A stretch of DNA of 64,000 nt from Anaerolineales bacterium (GTDB lineage: Bacteria > Chloroflexota > Anaerolineae > Anaerolineales > UBA4823): contig JBFFEL010000005.1 in assembly GCA_041558875.1 (NCBI GenBank), forward strand, positions 8,771 to 72,770. The letters are read 5' to 3'. Below, piece by piece: positions 56,898 through 64,000 of the stretch; the stretch's first letter is position 1, and every line of letters starts with the position of its first letter. The position numbers and the translations under genes are program-made. The notes under the pieces were generated by a model that was not told the DNA's origin, did no database searches, and saw only the letters and a list, made by a program, of their open reading frames with translations.

Positions 56898-56958
56898 GGG
56901 CGAAGCACTCCAAGATTCAAATCCAACCTGATTGAAAATCTTCTTGGGTGCTGCGCCC
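56898..56958. terminator. Long imperfect hairpin between convergent genes (possible bidirectional terminator)
   Basis: GGGCGAAGCACTCCAAGATT ... AATCTTCTTGGGTGCTGCGCCC. The arms pair imperfectly and there is no clean U-tract. Confidence 0.3.
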
Positions 56959-56999
56959 CTAATTTCCTGAGAATAACCGCGGAAATTGAGCAAAAATCC

Positions 57000-58223
57000 T
57001 CAATCCATGTAAGGATCGATTTTCTCTTTAATCGCCTGGATAACAATCGGATCATCGTTCCAGGCGCCGAGATTTATGATCGGGAAACCTTCAGGATAAT
57101 CAGCCTCGTGTACCAATTCAGGGATATCATATTGGCTATGCATGGCATCGGCACTCATGGCTGCAGAGAAGAAGAGCAATTTTTCAATGCCATTCTGTAG
57201 GAATTGTTCAAACATTTGCGCCGGCTTCGGTTCTTTAAATGACATCCAGGCCAGGCTCAGATTATCCGGCTGATAACCATCGGCGGCTAACATATCCAGT
57301 ACTTCATACCGAAAACCAAGTTCCTGCTCGGTTTCAGTAGGCCACTCGATATCCCATTCATCTGGTTGGCCATGACCAACAAGCAAAATCCCCACCTTGG
57401 ACTTATCTGTATCGCCAATATTCGCATTGGCACGATTTACAAACATACTCATCAAAGTCTCGGAGTTATATAAAGGACCGGTATATTCTACAGGAATATC
57501 AAAGGTTTCTTCAATATTTAATTCCTCGATTTGGTGCTCCCCCTCCGCAGTGTGATTTGATATGGTTAGAAAAACTTCACTGACAACGATCTTGCTGGCC
57601 CCTTCATTGAGGGCTTGAATAGCGGCGGCATCTGGTCTGGGATTGTCATCCAAAAAGGAGAGATAGAATTTTGTGGTCGTATCTCCTTCAGCTCTGTACG
57701 CTTCTTCAAGGCTGGCGATCATCTGTTCATGCATCTTCCTATGATTACTTGTGCCAACCTCCAGATATTTATTCCGGAGTTCATTAAAGAAAAAAGGACG
57801 GGCGAATAATGGAATAAAACCAATGCCCTGTTCATCAAACTCGTTGAACTGGTTTATCCAGCCGATCGGATTGTACGTTTCGGGCTCCCCGTGTGTGAAA
57901 TATACGACCGCAGTGTGACCCAGACCTGGATCACCCGGTGCTCTAGTCAACTCCGGCACGGGTCTTGGATCCTCTCTCGCCAGGATGATCCTTGTCATCG
58001 TTATATGACCAACAACAAATAAGCCTAGGGTGAGAAGAACTGCAATTAAAAGCGATGTTCGTTTGAAAGCAACCGCCAAAACCACTACCAGAATAAAAAG
58101 AACTACAAGTGAAGCGAATAAATAAGCACTCATTTGCAGTGGATGGACAGATAGGTATTGAACAAATAACATCCCCAATAAACCTGCGAGGAGTGCAATA
58201 ACCAACCACCTTAAGTACTTCAT
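57000..58223 (-). CDS. Membrane-anchored ferrochelatase-like (class II chelatase fold) protein
   Basis: Three N-terminal TM helices, then two halves resembling HemH/CbiX (VVYFTHGEP....; ILLVGHGQP ... SADAMHSQYDIPE, compared with ferrochelatase F.SDH.ETL.E.D). The assignment is from memory of the family and is tentative. Confidence 0.45.
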   Translation of the reverse strand: MKYLRWLVIALLAGLLGMLFVQYLSVHPLQMSAYLFASLVVLFILVVVLAVAFKRTSLLIAVLLTLGLFVVGHITMTRIILAREDPRPVPELTRAPGDPGLGHTAVVYFTHGEPETYNPIGWINQFNEFDEQGIGFIPLFARPFFFNELRNKYLEVGTSNHRKMHEQMIASLEEAYRAEGDTTTKFYLSFLDDNPRPDAAAIQALNEGASKIVVSEVFLTISNHTAEGEHQIEELNIEETFDIPVEYTGPLYNSETLMSMFVNRANANIGDTDKSKVGILLVGHGQPDEWDIEWPTETEQELGFRYEVLDMLAADGYQPDNLSLAWMSFKEPKPAQMFEQFLQNGIEKLLFFSAAMSADAMHSQYDIPELVHEADYPEGFPIINLGAWNDDPIVIQAIKEKIDPYMD

Positions 58224-58547
58224 TTTTTCATCCCTCCAAGTATTTTGCCCCGAGTTATTATGAAAATAATGCTCAAGATTTTAACACCCTGTGCAAGATA
58301 ACAAATATCCATTTAGAAATTATTAATACAATTCCAATCTTTAAATGTGAGAAAACGAGCAGGTTAAGGGCGTTGCCCCAATAATTTACACTTCTATTAG
58401 TTTACCTCTCAAATTTCAGGTCCTATGACCTTCTTAAATACAATCCTTAGAGTATGCCTCCTTAACAGGTGGTACAATTTTTTCCTCAAATCAGAACATG
58501 CACTTATCTGTATAATTTCTCGGTTGCGAGATCACATGGAGGAGGAG

Positions 58548-60680
58548 ATGAAATCCAGAAATCGCTTATTGGTAATTCTGATATTAGGATCAATATCTGT
58601 GGTCCTTTATGGCTGCAGTATCCTTGACAACCTCGGCAATTCTGCAATGGAAGAAGAACCTTGTGAACCAGGTGAGCTCTGTGTAACTTTAACTGCCGAC
58701 GAGACCACAGGGAAAGAGTTTCGTCTGATGCTGTATGAAGCGGTAGAGGATGATTGGCCGCTGCAGTTCCGCGACCTGCCTACGCCAAGCTGGGTCGTGT
58801 CGCAGTACCCGCCTGTACCGGACAGATACCCCGTGCGCATCCGCATACCCATGACCGAAAACCTGTTTGCCATCTCCAGCAACGAGCTGGGCGGAGCAAG
58901 ACTGGGGCTGGCAATTGCCACCGGGGTAGATTCGATCATGGTCGTGGAGCCCACTGATGCAAGAGGGTTCTCAGAATCGACTCTCGTTTATGAAGAGGGT
59001 ATGGCCATGGATTATGGCACTGTCAAACTGGAGCTGCCCAAGGGAGAAACCTGCGAGTTAAATCCCTTCCACCCCAGCTGCCTGACGGGCACCATGTTTT
59101 GGCAGGAGCATGTGCTCGGCGAGGAGGGCTTTGTCCCCGGAGCGGTTTATATTGACTTGGCCGATATTGATGGCGATGGAAACGAGGATATCGTCACCGT
59201 AGGCGAGCCCCATTTTGAAGAACCGGACTTACCGCTCAATGCGCTGAAGCTGGGTGTTTACTACCTCAATCCGGACCTCACAGTCCGTGAGACAGAAATC
59301 ATCGATGCCTGGTCAGAATCAAACCAGGAGTTCTACAGTCCCTGGGGTGTCAAGGTGATCGAGCACAGTGGTGAGCCAATGATTATCGTGGGTACCAATA
59401 TTCCTGGATTGGCTCCACTTGAAGAAGGCGCTGGCAATGTCTTCTCATACCACAAACAGGACGGAGATTGGGTGCGCTCAGAAGTCAGGGCAAATCCGCA
59501 GCCTACAGATACCAACTACAACGCCATGATCGTGGTGATCTGTGACATCGACCAGGATGGAGATGAAGACCTCGCTCTCAGTGGTGCCTTTAATTCTTCA
59601 TCGGTCGGCAGCTGGATGGAAAACACCGGTCAGGATGATCCCCAATGGATCCCCCATTTACAGCCGATGGCGCCCGGTACCGATCCCTATATTCGCGGAA
59701 CGCTCGCCTATAAGTGTACTGATCTGAATCACGATGGATATCCTGAGGTGATCTACAACGGCATGTTCGACATCGCCAATACAGACCCACCTCGTTATCG
59801 CGGCGAGATCTGGCTCGCGGTTAACCCCGGTCCATCCGGCTGGGAAGATCCCTGGCAGATGGTGGTCATCGATGATGACAACTGGGCTTCCGCGGATATG
59901 TGGTTTCATGATTTCGATGGGGACGGCAACCAGGATCTGGTGGCCAACCAGATCTTCAGCTCCACGGTCACCCGCTATATGCATCCGGGTGAAGATCTGA
60001 ATGACACATGGGAGTCAGAGATAATCATTTCAGGTCTGACCTCCCCCAGTGATATGTGGTTGACGGATATGGACGGTGATGGATTAGTAGATGTGGTCAG
60101 CGCCGATCACACCGCCCACCGGGGTGTCTGGCATAAGAACCCAGGCCTGGATAGCAGTGAACCCTGGCGACAGAGTACGATCTTCCGCAACGTCCGCATG
60201 CCCGGCGACTTTGAATTGTCCGACTTGGACCAGGATGGCGATCTGGATTGGGTGGGAACCTCCATGACCTGGGGGCAGGCCTTCATCGTGGAACAGGTAG
60301 AGCCCCCTTCCAGCCTGGTGGCGACAATTTCCCTCCCGGAGGATTTCGACGCCAAGATCTCCAAGCTGGTGATAATCCTCTCCCGTGAGGTTCCATTAAG
60401 TGGTATTCCCACGCAAATACCGGTGACGATAAACAACAGTGATAATGACGGCGATGGGGAGTTAGATGTAGATCAATTATTAAGCCCCACCCGTGATCTG
60501 GTCCTTCCCCTGGAAGATGCCGGGGTGACCGGGGAATACCATGTCGTTGCGGTTTTGTATGTGGAAGGAGGGGGCCGCTTTCAACCAAAATCAGGGGTTG
60601 ATTACATGGGCTACAGCGAGCTACTCACCTTCGGGGAGGGCCCGGTTGAAGCGAAAATGAAGCTTGAGCTTGCTCCATAA
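58548..60680 (+). CDS. FG-GAP/VCBS-repeat beta-propeller lipoprotein
   Basis: ATG 58548 follows GGAGGAGGAG and gives MKSRNRLLVILILGSISVVLYGCS, a lipobox. There are at least six Ca-binding-like repeats: DIDGDGNEDIV, DIDQDGDEDLA, DLNHDGYPEV, DFDGDGNQDLV, DMDGDGLVDVV and DLDQDGDLDWV. Confidence 0.8.
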   Translation: MKSRNRLLVILILGSISVVLYGCSILDNLGNSAMEEEPCEPGELCVTLTADETTGKEFRLMLYEAVEDDWPLQFRDLPTPSWVVSQYPPVPDRYPVRIRIPMTENLFAISSNELGGARLGLAIATGVDSIMVVEPTDARGFSESTLVYEEGMAMDYGTVKLELPKGETCELNPFHPSCLTGTMFWQEHVLGEEGFVPGAVYIDLADIDGDGNEDIVTVGEPHFEEPDLPLNALKLGVYYLNPDLTVRETEIIDAWSESNQEFYSPWGVKVIEHSGEPMIIVGTNIPGLAPLEEGAGNVFSYHKQDGDWVRSEVRANPQPTDTNYNAMIVVICDIDQDGDEDLALSGAFNSSSVGSWMENTGQDDPQWIPHLQPMAPGTDPYIRGTLAYKCTDLNHDGYPEVIYNGMFDIANTDPPRYRGEIWLAVNPGPSGWEDPWQMVVIDDDNWASADMWFHDFDGDGNQDLVANQIFSSTVTRYMHPGEDLNDTWESEIIISGLTSPSDMWLTDMDGDGLVDVVSADHTAHRGVWHKNPGLDSSEPWRQSTIFRNVRMPGDFELSDLDQDGDLDWVGTSMTWGQAFIVEQVEPPSSLVATISLPEDFDAKISKLVIILSREVPLSGIPTQIPVTINNSDNDGDGELDVDQLLSPTRDLVLPLEDAGVTGEYHVVAVLYVEGGGRFQPKSGVDYMGYSELLTFGEGPVEAKMKLELAP

Positions 60681-60714
60681 GTATAGAAGAATTGATCTTT
60701 TGTTAAAAATATTA

Positions 60715-60744
60715 GTGGAGCGGACTGGCAGCTGCTCCACTTTT
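60715..60744 (+). terminator. Rho-independent terminator after the FG-GAP gene
   Basis: GTGGAGC-(12 nt)-GCTCCAC followed by TTTT. Confidence 0.55.
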
Positions 60745-60827
60745 GCAATCCGGGAGAGAGTTTACTACCAATAAGGAGAAATACCCGGTTGCACACTAAA
60801 GGAGGAGTGTATAGAGTAGCTATCCAA

Positions 60828-61383
60828 TTAGGGCACTAGCACAGCATCAATAACGTGTTTTACGCCATTGGAAGCCTCAATGTCTGGGATAATTACCTGT
60901 ACATCGTTGATCTTGACTGCTTTACCATCGATCATGACGAGGGCATTATCACCAGAAAGCGTTTCGACTTCTTGTCCGTCAAATTCAATTACCTGGGCAG
61001 CCATCACCTTGTCATCAACCACGTGTTAGAGCAGCACCTGGATAAGTGCATCAGTTTCGGCGAGTAAACTTTCCAGTGTGCCTTCAGGCAAAGCAGGGAA
61101 TCCATCATCAGGGGGGTGCGAAGACTGTGAAAGGACCCTCACCTTGAAGCACTTCCACCAGTCCCGCTGCTTCAAAATCGGCGACCAATGTGATGAGGCA
61201 ACCATCTTGGATTGCAATGTCAATGATCGACTGAGCAGCTTCAGGCTCAGGTGCTTCTGCCTGTTCTTCCATCTCTTCTTCCATGGGCTCCTCCGTCTGT
61301 TCGGGGAGAGATGGGGCCTGGATGGATTCCTGTGTCGCTTGCGCAGTGCAAACAGCCAATACAAATGAAAAAACAATAAACAA
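60828..61383 (-). pseudogene. Disrupted fasciclin (FAS1) domain secreted-protein gene
   Basis: The three track ORFs are consecutive pieces of one FAS1 protein. The reading is ..[40 protein letters not shown], then a frameshift in a C6 run (forward G6 at 61111-61116), then DDGFPALPEGTLESLLAETDALIQVLL. A TAA at 61026-61028, where L-Y-HVV is expected, precedes HVVDDKV...DIEASNGVKHVIDAVLVP. Confidence 0.75.
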
Positions 61384-61766
61384 CGAAAGGATTGTAAACT
61401 TTGTGCAAAGGTTAACTTGGGTAGACGAAAAATCTAATATTTTTTAATTTAGTTGAGGCCATAATCATGGACAGTGTCATTTCTGGTTAGCTCATCGACT
61501 ATTCAAAAGATACAGGCATGGAGCAGTCTACGAAGGTGATCATTAATAGAAACAAGCTTGAACCTAATCTATCCGCGAATCTTCCAGATTGGTCAACTAG
61601 AACAATCCAACTTTTACTTTTTGTGAAAATGGTATACTTTTGAATCAGTTCCAACCCAGAAACTTGTGCTTGTTTTGATTTTCCGAATACACCATTATTC
61701 CATCCCAAGGAAGACAGAAATTCTCTTCATTTCAGTCATCAAGAAAAAAACACAAAGGAGACCTCG

Positions 61767-61943
61767 ATGGACAAATTCTTCAGAAGTAAAACGCCAGTAC
61801 TTATAGCAGCTGGTCTATCCTTCTTGTTATCAGTTTATTTATGGTTCACCGGCTTCAAAGACGAAGGCATTTTTGTCGGTCTATGGGTGCCCACCATACT
61901 CGCGTTGGGAGCTTTCGTGTATGCTGGAAGAGGTTCAGCATGA
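61767..61943 (+). CDS. Candidate 58-aa two-TM small membrane protein
   Basis: The ATG is preceded by AAAGGAG 6 nt upstream. The product is MDKFFRSKTPVLIAAGLSFLLSVYLWFTGFKDEGIFVGLWVPTILALGAFVYAGRGSA, below the track's size cutoff. Confidence 0.5.
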   Translation: MDKFFRSKTPVLIAAGLSFLLSVYLWFTGFKDEGIFVGLWVPTILALGAFVYAGRGSA

Positions 61944-62041
61944 ATGAAGCATTTCTTCTTATTTTCGGGCTTTTTGTAACGATCCTGGCAGTTGGACCTC
62001 TGGTTTATGCTGCGTACCTGGATTCGAAGGACAAAGAATAA
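61940..62041 (+). CDS. Candidate 33-aa single-TM small membrane protein, translationally coupled to the preceding smORF
   Basis: The ATG overlaps the upstream TGA (ATGA). The product is MNEAFLLIFGLFVTILAVGPLVYAAYLDSKDKE. The N-terminal 33 codons of the longer track ORF (61841-62041) overlap the previous smORF in another frame. Confidence 0.45.
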   Translation: MNEAFLLIFGLFVTILAVGPLVYAAYLDSKDKE

Positions 62042-62227
62042 TTGTTCCAACCAGGCAATTTGACAAAATAAAAACCGTCTCATTGGCAGGATATCAACAG
62101 CGTCATATTCGTGTAGCGCTCATAGTCTAGGTTTTCCCATCTGATAAATGATTTCGCTCCTTGTTCGCAGATCAGGTTACTATGCGATTATTAACAATGG
62201 TGACATTTTCCGGTCTGGAAGAATGAA

Positions 62228-62650
62228 TTGAGATATAAACTAAGCAATAACCACAATCCGGCTGTAACTCTCGGACTAACTTCCTCAGCGTGGTACGGGA
62301 TTCTCGAGCTGGCTGAAGAAAATGGGTGGAATCCGATGGGTACCATTCCATCCAATCCCGAGCAATCCGGAATGATTTTGGCAGGCTTGGGATTCAGCGA
62401 TGCTCATAACTCGGGCGGAGATTATTGGAGTGAGAAGGAGGGTTTGGTATTACTTGAAGACGCTCTAAACTTAGCCGATGCCTTGGAGCGCGCCATCCTA
62501 AATTACGAACCGCGATACATACCCTCTTTGTATTACTACACGATATTTGGTGACAATAACGGTGCCAAAGGGAATCAACCAAGCCTAGGGGCGATCCAGG
62601 GTGTGATTGATTTATGCTATCTTGGCATATTTAAGATCGAAAAAGCTTAA
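62228..62650 (+). CDS. Hypothetical protein
   Basis: 140-aa ORF with a TTG start and GGAAGA 5 nt upstream. No family recognised. Confidence 0.4.
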   Translation: MRYKLSNNHNPAVTLGLTSSAWYGILELAEENGWNPMGTIPSNPEQSGMILAGLGFSDAHNSGGDYWSEKEGLVLLEDALNLADALERAILNYEPRYIPSLYYYTIFGDNNGAKGNQPSLGAIQGVIDLCYLGIFKIEKA

Positions 62651-62833
62651 CATCGAAAGGTAACAACGCTTTTGCAAGGAATCCAATCTAATAGGAGATG
62701 TTCCGTATTATTGAAGCAACTTGAAACATACTTCTTAATCATTCCCGGTCAGTCAAGTGAGGGGAAAGAGTTTTTTCAATACAACTAGCCAGTTTAACTT
62801 CGTGTTCGGAGAAACATTACAGAATACACAATA

Positions 62834-63298
62834 TCACGGGCAAATCTTTCCCGAAGGATACTCTGTGCTAATATCTCCCATCCGATCTGAAAAATCCCAG
62901 GTGAAAACTTGCACGGGATCGAGAACGATTGCCACTTCCTTGTCGCTATTAGCAAGCAATCTTTTGGCTAAAGTGCTTTGGGTACCGCCGAGGTAACGGA
63001 TCAAAAGCCTTTCGAGAATGTCGATCCCCAAGCTATCGTCAATCTTGGCCCTGGCCTGTCCACGTATTCCACAATAGGGTGGACGGTCTTCGGCAATTTC
63101 AAATCCACAGCGGTCATCACGTTGAAGATAATTGATAAGTTTAGCTGATTTCTGTGTGGCACAGTATAAAAGCCCTCCTTGGTGCAAATACCACAATGAG
63201 ACCACCACTGGCCAGCCAGTCATCGATTTGCAGGCTAGGCGAATTGGAATCCGCACTTCGTTGAGAAATTCTTGCGCTCCAACTAGCGTATCATTCAT
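62834..63298 (-). CDS. Pyridoxamine 5'-phosphate oxidase-family (split-barrel flavin/F420-binding) protein
   Basis: The ~150 aa size and the pattern ..IRLA.....G.P.VVSLWY......LYC.T...SAK...L..D.R..FEI resemble PPOX-class proteins. Confidence 0.7.
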   Translation of the reverse strand: MNDTLVGAQEFLNEVRIPIRLACKSMTGWPVVVSLWYLHQGGLLYCATQKSAKLINYLQRDDRCGFEIAEDRPPYCGIRGQARAKIDDSLGIDILERLLIRYLGGTQSTLAKRLLANSDKEVAIVLDPVQVFTWDFSDRMGDISTEYPSGKICP

Positions 63299-63325
63299 GA
63301 TTGACCTCCAGTTAGGTTCTTGATA

Positions 63326-64000
63326 TCACTCAGCTACCTCTACCAACTCCTTTACTTTCCTCAATAATCCAGAAAAAATCATACTGTGCATGGGATAAAG
63401 CCCATACCAATACATAAAACCAAATAATCCTTTCGGTGCAAAGAAAGTAGTTTGAATTAGCTGCGAAGTATTTTTTTGATGAGGTTTAACTTCAAATTGT
63501 AGCCAAGCGTTCCCAGGTAATTTCATTTCAGCCCTTAAACGCATTAATTTCTTGGGTTCAACAACTTCTACACGCCAAAAATCAATCGCGTCACCTGCTC
63601 GCACTTCAACTGGGTGGCGCCTACCCCGCCGAAAGCCGACTCCACCTACCAAGCGATCTATCATCCCGAGCATTTTCCATGCAGAATTAAAATAAAGCCA
63701 ACCTTGCTCTCCTCCTAGTCGAGTAAAAGTGTTGAAAACTTTCTCCTGCGTGGCGTTGACCACTTCCATTCGACGCACGATGATCATGCCTTCTTGGGTT
63801 TTCATTATCATAGGAGTTTGATCTCCTACGCTAGAGGCAAGCGCATCTGTCCAACGAGTTTCTACCTCATCCATATCCAATTTAGCAAGAGCACGCCTTA
63901 CTGCAGTGGAATAATCCACAGGTTGAATGTCCGGAAAAAGTATTTTAGCTGCATTGTCGCGAACAACAACTTCGTTACGTAATCCCAGGATTAATGGTCG
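63326..64000 (-). CDS. DUF2867-containing protein, probably the C-terminal part of an NAD(P)-binding/DUF2867 fusion; 5' end beyond the window
   Basis: DFWRVEVVEPKKLMRLRAEMKLPGNAWLQFEV is the DUF2867 core. The reading frame stays open upstream of the track's GTG at 63919, all the way to position 64000. Confidence 0.7.
   Translation of the reverse strand, partial: RPLILGLRNEVVVRDNAAKILFPDIQPVDYSTAVRRALAKLDMDEVETRWTDALASSVGDQTPMIMKTQEGMIIVRRMEVVNATQEKVFNTFTRLGGEQGWLYFNSAWKMLGMIDRLVGGVGFRRGRRHPVEVRAGDAIDFWRVEVVEPKKLMRLRAEMKLPGNAWLQFEVKPHQKNTSQLIQTTFFAPKGLFGFMYWYGLYPMHSMIFSGLLRKVKELVEVAE

Noticed and set aside
56905-56930. tRNA-like T-loop strings (GATTCAAATCC at ~56914; also GGTTCGATC at ~12687 and GGTTCAAACCCC at ~3389).
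   Set aside because: No matching T-stem, acceptor stem or anticodon arm can be drawn around any of them, and two of them are inside coding sequence. I see no tRNA gene in the window.
1-64000. Searched for CRISPR arrays, IS elements or transposases, integrases, prophage genes, restriction-modification, toxin-antitoxin or other recognisable defence modules.
   Set aside because: I saw no regularly spaced direct repeats, no transposase-, integrase- or phage-like ORFs, and no nuclease, methylase or ATPase pairs typical of defence systems. The repeats present are tandem paralogous genes and PT-linker low complexity.

Overview
The window looks like a chromosomal segment from a monoderm, moderately GC-rich bacterium. 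My guess is Chloroflexota/Anaerolineae-like, based on many lipobox proteins with Pro/Thr-rich linkers, a T-box leader and the overall gene content; this is inference and I cannot verify it here.

I found no rRNA, tRNA, CRISPR array, transposase or integrase.

The content is mostly housekeeping genes and envelope or secreted functions:
- **Housekeeping:** rsmI, ilvE, serS, lysS, greA and rnhA.
- **Metal homeostasis:** a tightly coupled fur-feoB-feoA operon with a palindromic operator, and a YHS / ArsR / P1B-ATPase island.
- **Regulation:** a PAS/GAF histidine kinase with an OmpR-type regulator.
- **Long minus-strand block:** a leader smORF, ABC-2 exporter, GNAT, MFS, GNAT, HAD, amidase and a decayed GNAT.
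- **Secreted-protein block:** a roughly 1970-aa alpha-2-macroglobulin-like lipoprotein without a thioester Cys, a PQQ sugar dehydrogenase and three tandem metallophosphoesterases.
- **Peptidases:** three tandem M42 peptidases, solute-binding proteins and an M23/LysM peptidase.
- **Right end:** an AT-richer stretch with a disrupted fasciclin gene and two unannotated small membrane ORFs.

The items most worth follow-up sit outside the supplied ORF track:
- A promoter, 29-codon smORF and twin-hairpin leader in front of the ABC-2 operon (24.7-24.96 kb).
- A T-box riboswitch in front of serS.
- Two multiply disrupted pseudogenes.

I did not recognise a defence or mobile system. All functional calls come from motif recognition by eye, not database searches.
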